NCBI GenBank assembly: GCA_964487475.1
Contig: CAZAPM010000012.1
Span: 2,031 to 66,030, forward strand
Source of the DNA: an uncultured Planctomycetales bacterium
GTDB taxonomy: Bacteria > Omnitrophota > Gorgyraeia > Gygaellales > Profunditerraquicolaceae
Direction: 5' to 3'
DNA length: 64,000 nucleotides
The position numbers were made by a program, and so were the translations under genes. Below are positions 41,789 to 52,181 of the stretch, piece by piece. The stretch's first letter is position 1; each line of letters begins with the position of its first letter. Under the pieces are notes generated by a model. The model saw nothing but the letters and a program-made list of their open reading frames with translations, was not told where the DNA came from and ran no database searches.

Positions 41789-43030
41789 TCATTCCACCAG
41801 GGTATACGCCCGCTCCCGGTGCTGGGTCAGGTCCAACCCCATCAGCTCGTCCTTGACGCTGATGCGCACCTTCATGAACACATCCACCAGCTTGTAAAGG
41901 ATATAGGTGACCGCCATGGTATAGAGGCCGCATACCGCCACGGCAAAAAGCTGCACCAGCAGCAATTTGGGGTTTCCTGACAACAACCCGTCCGCTCCGG
42001 CAGCATTCACGGCCTTGGTCGCAAAGAGCCCCGTCAGAAGCGTTCCCAGTACGCCGCCGACACCGTGCACGCCGAAGGCGTCCAGGGAATCGTCATATCC
42101 GAATTTTGGCTTGATCAGCGCCACGGCGATAAAACAAAGCACGCTGGCGATGATCCCGATCACGATGGCGGAAAAAGGCGTCACGAACCCTGCGCCCGGA
42201 GTGATCGTAGCCAGGCCCGCGATACAGCCCGTGGCCGTGCCGAACATGGTCGGCTTGCCGTTTCTGATCCACTCCAGAAGCGCCCAGGACAAACCGGCTG
42301 CGGCAGCCGCAGTATTGGTGGTCATGAACGCGTTCGCCGCGACGCCGTTGGCAGCCAAGGCGCTTCCGGCATTGAACCCGAACCACCCGAACCACAACAG
42401 GCCGGTGCCCAACACCACCAGCGGAAGGTTATGCGGAGAAGGAACGTTATGTTCGATGTTCTTCCTCTTGCCGATCACCACGGTCGTGACCAGCGCCGCG
42501 ATACCCGCGGTAGTATGCACCACCAACCCGCCGGCAAAATCCAGCACTCCCAACTTACGCAGCCATCCGCCCATTCCCCACACCCAGTGGCATACCGGAG
42601 CGTAGACGAACGTCACCCACAAAAGCGTGAACACCAGGAACGCGGAGAACTTCATCCGCTCCGCGAACGCGCCGATGATCAATGCGGGGGTGATCACCGC
42701 GAACATCGCCTGGAACATGATGAACGCCTGGTGCGGGATACCCGGCGCATAATCCGCGTAAGGCTCCAAACCGATGCCGCGCATCCCCACCCAGGAAAAC
42801 CCTCCCCAGAACCCCTCGCCGGGGGCAAAAGCCAGGCTGTAACCGAACACCACCCAGCAGACGCTGACCAGGCACATGGCCACAAAACACTGCATCAGCA
42901 CGTTGAGGATATTCTTGCGCCGCACCATACCCCCGTAAAAGAACGCCAGACCCGGGGTCATCAGCATGACCATCGCTGCAGACATCAATACAAACGCCGT
43001 ATCGCCCGCGCTTATACCTATATTCTCCAT
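41789..43030 (-). CDS. amt: Ammonium transporter (Amt family), no signal peptide
   Basis: ~413 aa from [16 protein letters not shown] (RBS GGGAGG; the ORF track extends it to 43159). Amt signature motifs (DFAGG, FGFNAGS). Confidence 0.9.
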   Translation of the reverse strand: MENIGISAGDTAFVLMSAAMVMLMTPGLAFFYGGMVRRKNILNVLMQCFVAMCLVSVCWVVFGYSLAFAPGEGFWGGFSWVGMRGIGLEPYADYAPGIPHQAFIMFQAMFAVITPALIIGAFAERMKFSAFLVFTLLWVTFVYAPVCHWVWGMGGWLRKLGVLDFAGGLVVHTTAGIAALVTTVVIGKRKNIEHNVPSPHNLPLVVLGTGLLWFGWFGFNAGSALAANGVAANAFMTTNTAAAAAGLSWALLEWIRNGKPTMFGTATGCIAGLATITPGAGFVTPFSAIVIGIIASVLCFIAVALIKPKFGYDDSLDAFGVHGVGGVLGTLLTGLFATKAVNAAGADGLLSGNPKLLLVQLFAVAVCGLYTMAVTYILYKLVDVFMKVRISVKDELMGLDLTQHRERAYTLVE

Positions 43031-43074
43031 TCCCGCCTCCCTTACTTGCTTTCTGCACACACCCCGGCTTAAAG

Positions 43075-43136
43075 CACCCCGTCTTAATCGGATTGACGGG
43101 TACCCCGCATGTGCGGGGGTCTGCCGGGTGTGTTGC
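43075..43136. repeat. Dual-hairpin element copy (loop TTAATCGGATTG, then ccccgc-atgt-gcgggg) in the amt1 5' leader
   Basis: caccccgtcTTAATCGGATTgacgggtaccccgcatgtgcgggggtctgccgggtgtgttg; ~85% identical to 25021-25082. Confidence 0.7.
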
Positions 43137-43146
43137 TTGCTGCAAC

Positions 43147-43198
43147 AAAAAACGTTCATCCCCCCCGGATGGTCCGGAGAGGATGAACGCCATTGTTC
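43147..43198 (-). terminator. Strong intrinsic terminator in the amt1 leader, with an overlapping GAAC-AATGGC-GTTC hexaloop hairpin (alternative structure)
   Basis: Minus strand: AGAACAATGGC GTTCATCC TCTCCGGACCATCCGGGGG GGATGAAC GTTTTTT. The upstream small hairpin (stem GAAC/GTTC) shares its GTTC with the terminator's 5' arm. Confidence 0.65.
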
Positions 43199-43204
43199 TT
43201 TTAG

Positions 43205-43234
43205 TACAAGTAAATCGGAGGAGCGTTTGGTAAC
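43205..43234 (-). promoter_or_regulatory. Site B of the conserved bipartite motif GTTACCA-N14-TTACTTGTA, 175 nt upstream of amt1
   Basis: Plus strand: tacaagtaa atcggaggagcgtt tggtaac. The GGGTTAC half also forms an inverted repeat, GTAACCC-TTGCT-GGGTTAC. Confidence 0.6.
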
Positions 43235-43316
43235 CCAGCAAGGGTTACACTCGGCATTAGTACTTCAGCTTATAGCACCCGGCCTAATCGGATCGGCCGG
43301 TGCTAAGCCCTCCTGC

Positions 43317-43658
43317 TTAGCCGATCGCCGTGCTACCGGTCTCCTCGGTACGGATGCGCACGCACTCCTTTAGATCCAGGATGAAGATCTTCCCGTCGCC
43401 GGTCTCCCCGGTCTTGGCGCCGCGGATGATCGCCTTGACCGTCGGCTCCACGAAGTTGTCGTTGACCGCGATCTCGAGCCTGACCTTGCGCAGCAGGTTG
43501 CCGGATTCCCGGGCCCCGCGGTACACTTCGGTCACTCCCTTCTGCCGGCCGTGCCCCAGCACCTCGGAGACCGTGATCAGGTTGACTTCCGACTTGTACA
43601 GCTCCTCTTTTACCTCTTCCAGCTTATACGGCTGGATTATCGCGATGATAAGTTTCAT
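43317..43658 (-). CDS. glnK: Nitrogen regulatory protein P-II, second copy (6 aa differences from the first)
   Basis: 113 aa; near-identical to 41422..41763 at both protein and DNA level. Confidence 0.92.
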   Translation of the reverse strand: MKLIIAIIQPYKLEEVKEELYKSEVNLITVSEVLGHGRQKGVTEVYRGARESGNLLRKVRLEIAVNDNFVEPTVKAIIRGAKTGETGDGKIFILDLKECVRIRTEETGSTAIG

Positions 43659-43672
43659 GAGTATCCTCCTTA

Positions 43673-45007
43673 TTATTCCAGCAGGGTGTATGAACGTTCG
43701 TGGTGCTGCGTCAAATCCAGGCCCATGAGCTCCTCTTTCTCGCTCACGCGCGCGCCCAGGACCAGATCCACCACCTTATAGATCACGAAGGTGACCACGC
43801 CCGCGTACACCGCGGTGATCCCCACTGCCGCCGCCTGGATCAGGAGCTGCTGCGGATTGCCGAAGAAAAGGCCGTCCGCGCCCGCGGCGTTCACCGCTTT
43901 CGAAGCGAAGAGGCCGGTCGCCAGCGCGCCCCAGATGCCGCCGACGCAGTGCACGCCAAAAGCGTCCAAAGCATCGTCATACCCGAACTTGGGCTTGAGG
44001 TAGCTTACCGCAAAGTAGCAGAGGAAGCTGACCGCGAACCCGATGATGACCGCCGGGACGACACTCACAAATCCCGCCGCAGGAGTGATCGCGACCAACC
44101 CGGCCACCACACCCGAGACCACGCCGAAAAGCGTAGGCTTGCCGTTCTTGATCCATTCGATCAGCGCCCAGCTCAAGCCTGCCGCTGCGGCCGCGGTATT
44201 GGTCACCACGAACGCATTGACCGCCAGGCCGTTCGCGGAAAGCGAGCTTCCGGCGTTAAAGCCGAACCACCCGAACCACAACAACGCGGTTCCCAGCGCC
44301 ACAAAGGGAAGGTTATGCGGAGCGGGAACGTTCTTATCGAGATTCTTCCTCTTTCCGATCACGATCGCCGTCACCAGCGCCGCGATACCGGCATTGATAT
44401 GCACCACGGTCCCTCCGGCAAAATCCAGCGCGCCCATCTTACGCAGGAATCCGCCGACCGCCCATACCCAGTGGCACACCGGAGAGTACACGAAGGTCGC
44501 CCAGAGCAAGGTGAACACCAAAAACGAAGAAAATTTCATCCTCTCCGCGAACGCGCCGATGATCAACGCCGGCGTGATGATCGCGAACATCGCCTGGAAG
44601 ATCATGAACGCCTGATGCGGGACAGTCGCGGAGTAATCGGCGTACGGCTCAAGGCCAACACCGTTCAGACCCGCCCACCCCAACCCTCCCCAGAAACCGT
44701 CTCCCGGCTTAAAGGAAAGGCTGTACCCGAAAAGCACCCAGAACACGCTCATCACGCACAGGATGATAAAACACTGCATCAGGACGCTTAACATGTTCTT
44801 CTTTCGCACCATGCCTCCGTAAAAGAACGCCAGACCCGGGGTCATGATCATGACCAACGCCGAGGAGATCAGGACCCAGGCCGTATCCCCGGTATCCGCC
44901 ACGGGCGCTGCCGCGACATCCTGCGCCCACGCCGGAACCACCAGTGCCATCACTCCCAGCAAGAGCAGAAGCCCTGCCGGTACTGCTTTACGCAACCACG
45001 TGCTCAT
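43673..45007 (-). CDS. amt: Ammonium transporter (Amt family) with cleavable N-terminal signal peptide
   Basis: ~444 aa from [30 protein letters not shown] (RBS AAGGAGG; the ORF track extends it to 45151). ~75% identical to Amt1. Confidence 0.9.
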   Translation of the reverse strand: MSTWLRKAVPAGLLLLLGVMALVVPAWAQDVAAAPVADTGDTAWVLISSALVMIMTPGLAFFYGGMVRKKNMLSVLMQCFIILCVMSVFWVLFGYSLSFKPGDGFWGGLGWAGLNGVGLEPYADYSATVPHQAFMIFQAMFAIITPALIIGAFAERMKFSSFLVFTLLWATFVYSPVCHWVWAVGGFLRKMGALDFAGGTVVHINAGIAALVTAIVIGKRKNLDKNVPAPHNLPFVALGTALLWFGWFGFNAGSSLSANGLAVNAFVVTNTAAAAAGLSWALIEWIKNGKPTLFGVVSGVVAGLVAITPAAGFVSVVPAVIIGFAVSFLCYFAVSYLKPKFGYDDALDAFGVHCVGGIWGALATGLFASKAVNAAGADGLFFGNPQQLLIQAAAVGITAVYAGVVTFVIYKVVDLVLGARVSEKEELMGLDLTQHHERSYTLLE

Positions 45008-45037
45008 TGTTTCCTCCTTTTGTATATCCCCGTCAAC

Positions 45038-45090
45038 AAAAAAGACGCCTTCCATCCTCTCTCTGAGGATCAAAGACGTCTGCGTCTTTC
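45038..45090 (-). terminator. Nested-hairpin intrinsic terminator in the amt2 leader
   Basis: Minus strand: AAAGACGCAGACGTCTTT…AGACGTC-TTTG-ATCCTC-AGAGA-GAGGAT-GGAA-GGCGTCT-TTTTTT. Confidence 0.55.
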
Positions 45091-45181
45091 TGCCTAAAAC
45101 AAAATGGGCGCCCGCTGCTATCGCGAACGCCTTTGTATTCTTTGCACACATCCCCGTGTGCCGTGCTGCCTGCTACAGTAC

Positions 45182-45211
45182 TACAAGTAAATTACGGACA
45201 ACCCTGGTAAC
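45182..45211 (-). promoter_or_regulatory. Site C of the conserved bipartite motif GTTACCA-N14-TTACTTGTA, 175 nt upstream of amt2 (overlaps the sigma gene stop)
   Basis: Plus strand: tacaagtaa attacggacaaccc tggtaac. Confidence 0.6.
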
Positions 45212-45752
45212 ACCCCGCATCCAAATGGGTGCGGCACTTCTCCTGCATGGTCTTGCGCAGCTTCACCACCCGCACGTGGGAGACCCCCAGACGGCTTCCG
45301 ATCTCCCGCACGGTCAGTCCGGAAAGGCTTAAACGGAACACCTGCTTCTCCCTGTCCGTAAGGCCGTTATTATTGATCGCCTCGATGATCAGGGACGCAT
45401 TCACCGTATCGAATGCGCTGGGGACGGTCTTCTCGGAAAGTATATCCTCCAGGGAGCACTCCGTATCGCCGCTTCCGACACACGCTTCCAGGCTGGTCAG
45501 GGAAGCTTTGTCCATATGCGTGCGCAGAAAATTCTTCAGATGAAAATAGCACCCCTGCAGGATATAGCTCCTGGTCTTGTGCTCCCAGGCGCCCTGCATA
45601 TACCTGTTCCAGAGGAAAAGTACCGCCTCCTGATAGAGGTCCTCGGCCTGCAGCGCAGGCGAACGCGCCTGCATCCCCGCCCGGTAGGAGATCCTCCTGA
45701 GGGTCACCGACACGTCCTTGAGTAAAGTTTCGAATGTGTTCTTCATAATCAA
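45192..45752 (-). CDS. RNA polymerase sigma-70-family factor, ECF-like (regions 2 and 4 only), Cys-rich C-terminus
   Basis: 186 aa; region 2 AEDLYQEAVLFLWNRY; region 4 HTH LTDREKQVFRLSLSGLTVREIGSRLGVSHVRVVKLR. Confidence 0.75.
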   Translation of the reverse strand: MIMKNTFETLLKDVSVTLRRISYRAGMQARSPALQAEDLYQEAVLFLWNRYMQGAWEHKTRSYILQGCYFHLKNFLRTHMDKASLTSLEACVGSGDTECSLEDILSEKTVPSAFDTVNASLIIEAINNNGLTDREKQVFRLSLSGLTVREIGSRLGVSHVRVVKLRKTMQEKCRTHLDAGCYQGCP

Positions 45753-45783
45753 ATAAAAAACGCCCTTCCTCCCGCTGCGCGGG

Positions 45784-45926
45784 AAAAAGGACGCCGTAGT
45801 CCTTACTTAACAAAAAAGGCCCTCCGCAGGCTAAACCTTACATTCGCCCTTGGAAGACCTCATAGTCTTCGCTGATTACAACCCTGTAATCACTCTAGAT
45901 TATAGCATCCCTGGAGAGGATGTCAA
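45784..45926 (-). promoter_or_regulatory. Consensus sigma70 promoter (TTGACA-N16-TATAAT) overlapping the nadE stop, with a +1 palindromic operator TGATTACA-GGGT-TGTAATCA, followed by a ~140-nt leader with three hairpins (two with U-tracts) before the sigma gene
   Basis: Minus strand: GCTTGACATCCTCTCCAGGGATGCTATAATCTAGAGTGATTACAGGGTTGTAATCAGC GAAGAC-TATGAG-GTCTTC … GGCC-TTTTTT … AGGAC-TACGGC-GTCCT-TTTTT-CCCGC-GCA-GCGGG AGGAAGGGCG-N12-ATG. Confidence 0.6.
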
Positions 45927-47578
45927 GCCTTTTTCGCGCCTTTGCCGTAATGGTTGGTGATGGGCATGCGCCGGTCGCGGCCGAACGCCTTGGGCGTGAT
46001 CTTCACTCCCGGCGGGGCCTGACGCCGCTTATACTCGCTGACATCGACCATCCGCGCCACGCGCCGCACCACCTCCCGGTCGAAACCCCGGGCCGCCACC
46101 TGCGCGACATCCTTATCCTCCTCCACATACGCCTTGAGGATCGGGTCGAGCACGGGATACTCCGGCAGCGTATCGCTGTCCTTCTGGCCGTACCGCAGCT
46201 CGGCGGTCGGCGCCTTCTTCAATACATTCTCCGGGATCAGAGGCCCTGCGGCACTTTGGCTGTTACGCCAGAGGCAAAGGTCATACACCAGCATCTTGGG
46301 CACGTCCTTGATCACGGCAAAACCGCCGGCCATGTCCCCGTAGAGCGTGGCATAGCCGGTGCTCATCTCGGACTTATTCCCCGTGGTGAGGACCAGCCAG
46401 TTGAATTTGTTGGAGAAGGCCATCAGCATGGTGCCGCGGATACGCGCCTGCAGGTTTTCTTCGGCGATATTACGGGCCGCGCCGGCAAAATGCGCCTCCA
46501 GGGTCAGCAGGAACACCTTGTAGATATGGTCGATGGGGATCTCTTTCCATCCGATCCCGAGATTACGGGCCAGTTCCTGCGCATCCCGGCGCGATTCCTG
46601 CGAAGAATACCGGGAAGGCATGAAGATCCCCGTCACCTGCTGCGGGCCTAACGCATCAGCCGCCAGGGCCGCTACCAGCGCGGAATCCACCCCGCCGCTT
46701 AAGCCTACCACCACTTTTTCGAAACCGTTCTTGCGCACATAATCCTTCAGCCCCAGCACCAGGGCCCCGTAGGCTTCGGCCTCGGGCGCAAGTTCCTGCG
46801 CGCGCGATGATCCCGCAGGGTTTGCCAGGTCCACCAGCAGCAGCTCCTCTTCGAACGCCCGGGCTAACGCGACCACTTTGCCGGACGCATCCACCACCAT
46901 GCTCTGGCCGTCGAAGACCAGCTCGTCCTGGCCGCCGACCATGTTCACATACGCAACCGTCACCTTGTGCTTCCTGGCCTGCCGCCGGATGATCTCCTGT
47001 CTCTGCGCGAACTTCCCCAGGTGATACGGGGAGGCGTTAAGCGCCAGGATGACCCGGCACCCCTTCATCGCCTGCATGCGCAGCGGCCCTTCCCCGGACC
47101 AGATATCCTCGCAGATGTTCACGCCCAGAAGCGTTCCCCCCACGCGGAGGGTCTGCGCCTTCGAGGCCGGAGTGAAATATCTTTTTTCGTCGAATACCCC
47201 GTAATTAGGCAGGAGCATCTTATGCGTCACGCTGCGGATGCGGCCCTCCGCGATCAGCGCGGCGGCATTATAGAGCTTGCCCTCCCGGCGGTCGACGAAT
47301 CCCACCAGCGCAGACGTGCCCTTGATGCGGGGCGCCAGCGCTTTCAACGCGGCGAGATTGTCGCGAATGAACGCATCCTTGCACAACAGGTCTTCGGGAG
47401 GGTAACCGGTCACCGTCAATTCGGGGAAGATCACCGCGTCCGCCTGCGCCTCCGCTGCCCTGGCGGCATACTCCGCGATCAACGCGCAGTTGCCTTCCAG
47501 GTCGCCGACGGTACAATTGATCTGGGCCAGCGCCAGGCGCAGCGCGTTACGGGAAGAAGCGGTCTTATGCCTGCTCAT
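45923..47578 (-). CDS. nadE: Glutamine-dependent NAD+ synthetase (CN-hydrolase plus NAD synthetase domains)
   Basis: 551 aa; N-terminal nitrilase-like domain (LRLALAQINCTVGD) and C-terminal PP-loop GLSGGVDSALVAALA. Confidence 0.88.
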   Translation of the reverse strand: MSRHKTASSRNALRLALAQINCTVGDLEGNCALIAEYAARAAEAQADAVIFPELTVTGYPPEDLLCKDAFIRDNLAALKALAPRIKGTSALVGFVDRREGKLYNAAALIAEGRIRSVTHKMLLPNYGVFDEKRYFTPASKAQTLRVGGTLLGVNICEDIWSGEGPLRMQAMKGCRVILALNASPYHLGKFAQRQEIIRRQARKHKVTVAYVNMVGGQDELVFDGQSMVVDASGKVVALARAFEEELLLVDLANPAGSSRAQELAPEAEAYGALVLGLKDYVRKNGFEKVVVGLSGGVDSALVAALAADALGPQQVTGIFMPSRYSSQESRRDAQELARNLGIGWKEIPIDHIYKVFLLTLEAHFAGAARNIAEENLQARIRGTMLMAFSNKFNWLVLTTGNKSEMSTGYATLYGDMAGGFAVIKDVPKMLVYDLCLWRNSQSAAGPLIPENVLKKAPTAELRYGQKDSDTLPEYPVLDPILKAYVEEDKDVAQVAARGFDREVVRRVARMVDVSEYKRRQAPPGVKITPKAFGRDRRMPITNHYGKGAKKA

Positions 47579-47833
47579 CGAGATCCTCTCGCAGAAGCAA
47601 AGTCACGGCGTTGTGCCGCACCTGCATGAAACCTTTCGCGGTGAGGCGTATCGACCGGGTAACGGCATCCGGCAGGGTCAGGGAGAGCGTTCCCGGCACG
47701 ACATTGGCCATCAGCGCCGCATGGTCCGCCAGCACCTCCAGGTACCCCGACTCGCAGGGGACCTTCAGGGAGACCGCGCCTCCGTCAAAAAGGATGCGCT
47801 GGGGGCCGAGGATGGAAACGGCGAACTCCTTCA

Positions 47834-47834
<1 letters not shown>
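47565..47834 (-). CDS. atpC: ATP synthase epsilon subunit, truncated form (beta-sandwich domain only)
   Basis: 89 aa; RILFDGGAVSLKVPCESGYLEVLADHAALMANVVPG matches the epsilon N-domain. There is no C-terminal helical hairpin. Confidence 0.8.
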
Positions 47835-49240
<1,406 letters not shown>

Positions 49241-50089
49241 CTATCCTTTCAATGCTTCAGCCGAAGAGACGATCTCGATGATCTCCCGGGTGATATTCGC
49301 CTGCCGGATCTTATTGCGGGTCAGGATCAGCTTCTCCAGAAGCTCGACCGCGTTCTTGGTCGCTTCGCCCATGGCCATAGCCCGGGACTGATGCTCGGCG
49401 CAGAACGCCTCAAGGAGCAGCATCCTGATCCGGCTCTCCAGATACAAGGGCAGCAGCCCCTCCAGTATTTCGCTCAAGGAAGATTCCGGGATATGCTCCT
49501 GCGCTGCGCCCGGCGCGCACTCCAGAGGCAATATCCGCTCGCATACGACGGAAACCCGGGCGCCGCTTTCGGAGCGGGCGTACACCGCGTGCACTTCTCC
49601 GGTTTGCCCCTGCGTCAAAAGCTCCTCCAGCGCACGGCTTAACGACTGGCCGACCGCCGAAGTATAGCGTCCGTTCAACCCCAGAAAAGACCGCGCTACC
49701 CGGTATCCGCGGCTTTTCAAGGAAGCGAACCCCCTTTTGCCCACCACGATAAGCTCGGTCTCCTCCGCAGTATGTGCTGCCAGCCACTGCTCGGCTGCCC
49801 TCACTACGGATACGGTGTAGGACCCGCAAAGGCCCGCATCAGAGGTCACCACCAGCAGCGCCTTGCGGCGTCCCGACGGCGCCGGGGAAAAAAGCGGGTG
49901 CGAAATATCCTCGCCGCAGGTCGCCAGCGCAGCCAGCATGCTCCGGGCACTGGAAAAATACCGCTGGGCCGCCTCCCGCATCTTCTGCGTGCGCTTAAGC
50001 TTGGAGGAAGAGACCATCTCCATGGCGCGGGTAAGTTTGCGCGTGCTCTCCACTCCCTTGATCCTGGATTTTATGTGGCGCAGCGACAT
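49241..50089 (-). CDS. atpG: ATP synthase gamma subunit
   Basis: Likely start MSLRHIKSRIKGV; gamma-chain helices. Confidence 0.85.
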   Translation of the reverse strand: MSLRHIKSRIKGVESTRKLTRAMEMVSSSKLKRTQKMREAAQRYFSSARSMLAALATCGEDISHPLFSPAPSGRRKALLVVTSDAGLCGSYTVSVVRAAEQWLAAHTAEETELIVVGKRGFASLKSRGYRVARSFLGLNGRYTSAVGQSLSRALEELLTQGQTGEVHAVYARSESGARVSVVCERILPLECAPGAAQEHIPESSLSEILEGLLPLYLESRIRMLLLEAFCAEHQSRAMAMGEATKNAVELLEKLILTRNKIRQANITREIIEIVSSAEALKG

Positions 50090-50102
50090 CACCGCCATGG
50101 CA

Positions 50103-51629
50103 TCACTCCCGGTCTCCCGCAAACTCCGCGCCGAACTGCCGCAGAGCTTCGTCCAGTTCCCGGGTCACCTCCGCATCCAGCGCCTGTTTCTTCTCGATGG
50201 AGCGCTCCAGCGCCGGAAACTTCGCGTCGGCGAACGCCAGGAACTTCTCCTCGAACTCCCTCACCCGGGAGACCGGCAATTCATCCAGCGCGCCGTGCGT
50301 GCCCGCGTACAAGAGCATCACCTGCCGGGCCATAGGCATGGGTTTGAACTGATCCTGCTTCAAAAGCTCTACCATGCGCTCGCCCCGGGTCAGCTGCGCC
50401 TGGGTGGTCTTCTCGATCTCTGAACCGAACTGCGCGAAGGTGACCAGCTCCCGGTACTGCGCCAGGTCGATGCGCAGTTTGCCGGACACCTGCCGCATAG
50501 CCTTAGCCTGGGCTTTGCCTCCGACGCGGGAGACGGAAAGGCCGACATTCACCGCCGGCCTGATCCCCGAATAGAACAGGTCGCTTTCGAGATAGATCTG
50601 CCCGTCGGTGATCGAGATCACGTTCGTCGGGATATAACTGGTGATGTCCCCGGCCTGGGTCTCGATGATGGGAAGCGCGGTCAGGGAGCCTCCCCCTAAG
50701 GAATCGTGCAGCTTGGCCGCCCGCTCCAGCAGGCGCGAATGCAGATAGAAGATATCCCCCGGATACGCCTCGCGTCCCGGCGGACGGCGCAGCAGAAGCG
50801 AGATCTGTCGGTACGCCTGCGCATGCCGGGAAAGGTCGTCGTAGATCACCAGGCAATGCTTTCCGGAATACATGAACTCTTCCCCGATGGCACAGCCGGC
50901 ATACGGCGCCAGGTACTGCAGGGATGCGGACGCGCGGGAAGAGGCGCTCACAATCGTGGTATACTCCATCGCCCCGTACTTTTCCAAAGTCTCCGCCACC
51001 GCCACCACACTCGAGATCTTCTGGCCGATGGCCACATATACGCAATATACCCCCTTGCCCTTCTGATTGATGATGGTGTCCATCGCCAAAGCGGTCTTAC
51101 CCGTCTGGCGGTCGCCGATCACCAGTTCGCGCTGGCCGCGGCCGATGGGGATCATGGAATCGACGGCCTTGATCCCGGTCTGCAGCGGCTCGGTCACGGG
51201 CTGGCGCTGCACCACGCTGGGGGAAGGGGCTTCCAGGGGCCGCGACCTGTTCGTCGCGATGGCTCCCTTGCCGTCGATAGGATTGCCGAGCGCGTTGACC
51301 ACCCTTCCTAAAAGCGCCTCGCCCACCGGCACCTGCGCGATCTTCCCGGTGCGCTTGACCACATCCCCTTCCTTGATGTTGCGGTCGGGATTATCCGGCC
51401 CGAAGATGACCGCGCCGACGGAATCCTCTTCCAGGTTCAGGACCATCCCCATCACGTCGTTGGGGAATTCGATGAGCTCGCCCATCATCACGTCGTCGAG
51501 ACCGTAAATGCGCGCGATGGCATCCCCCACCTGGATGACATTACCGACGGATTCCATGCGCAGGCGGGTGCGGTACTTCTCCAGTTCCTTCCTGATGATC
51601 GAGGTAACCTCTTCGGGCCTTATCTCCAT
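50103..51629 (-). CDS. atpA: ATP synthase alpha subunit
   Basis: 508 aa; Walker [10 protein letters not shown]. Confidence 0.93.
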   Translation of the reverse strand: MEIRPEEVTSIIRKELEKYRTRLRMESVGNVIQVGDAIARIYGLDDVMMGELIEFPNDVMGMVLNLEEDSVGAVIFGPDNPDRNIKEGDVVKRTGKIAQVPVGEALLGRVVNALGNPIDGKGAIATNRSRPLEAPSPSVVQRQPVTEPLQTGIKAVDSMIPIGRGQRELVIGDRQTGKTALAMDTIINQKGKGVYCVYVAIGQKISSVVAVAETLEKYGAMEYTTIVSASSRASASLQYLAPYAGCAIGEEFMYSGKHCLVIYDDLSRHAQAYRQISLLLRRPPGREAYPGDIFYLHSRLLERAAKLHDSLGGGSLTALPIIETQAGDITSYIPTNVISITDGQIYLESDLFYSGIRPAVNVGLSVSRVGGKAQAKAMRQVSGKLRIDLAQYRELVTFAQFGSEIEKTTQAQLTRGERMVELLKQDQFKPMPMARQVMLLYAGTHGALDELPVSRVREFEEKFLAFADAKFPALERSIEKKQALDAEVTRELDEALRQFGAEFAGDRE

Positions 51630-51632
51630 GGA

Positions 51633-52181
51633 TCACTCCACCTCTGCGGTCATAAGTTTCTCTTTCAATTCTGCCAGACGCCGCTGCACGGAACCGTCGA
51701 TGACCGTATTACCGACGCGCACCTGCACTCCCCCCAGCAGATCGGGATCGAGCTCGATGTATAAGTTCAGCTTCTTGTGCAGCCGGCGTTCCAGGGCGTC
51801 TTTAAGCTCCCGGATCGTCTCCGTTTCCAGCGGATAGGAGGTCTTCAGCAGCGCCTCCGTCGCGCCCTCGTGCTCGAAGGTCACGCGCACGTATTCGCAG
51901 ATCTCCTCCAGGTACTCGATGCGGTTCTTTTCGATGAGCAGCTTGACGAAATCCCTGGTCTCGAAGGCGAAATACCCGTAGCGCAGCACCTTGTCGATGA
52001 CCCCGCACTTCTCCTTGAAACCGAACTCCGGATTGACCAGGAAACGGCCGAACTCCGGATTGTTCTGCAGCACGTGGCGCAGATTATGCAGATCCTCCAG
52101 CCCCCGGGCCTTCCCGATGGTCATACGGACGTACGAAAGATAGGCATCGGCGTACCGGCGCACGATGATCGGGCTTTTCAT
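51633..52181 (-). CDS. atpH: ATP synthase delta subunit (OSCP)
   Basis: 182 aa; position in the operon; OSCP-like helices. Confidence 0.8.
   Translation of the reverse strand: MKSPIIVRRYADAYLSYVRMTIGKARGLEDLHNLRHVLQNNPEFGRFLVNPEFGFKEKCGVIDKVLRYGYFAFETRDFVKLLIEKNRIEYLEEICEYVRVTFEHEGATEALLKTSYPLETETIRELKDALERRLHKKLNLYIELDPDLLGGVQVRVGNTVIDGSVQRRLAELKEKLMTAEVE

Noticed and set aside
38925-45211. Known nitrogen-regulator sites (NtcA GTA-N8-TAC, GlnR/TnrA TGTNA-N7-TNACA, NrpR GGAA-N6-TTCC) as the explanation for the conserved motif
   Set aside because: None of these consensus patterns is contained in GTTACCA-N14-TTACTTGTA or its flanks at all four sites.
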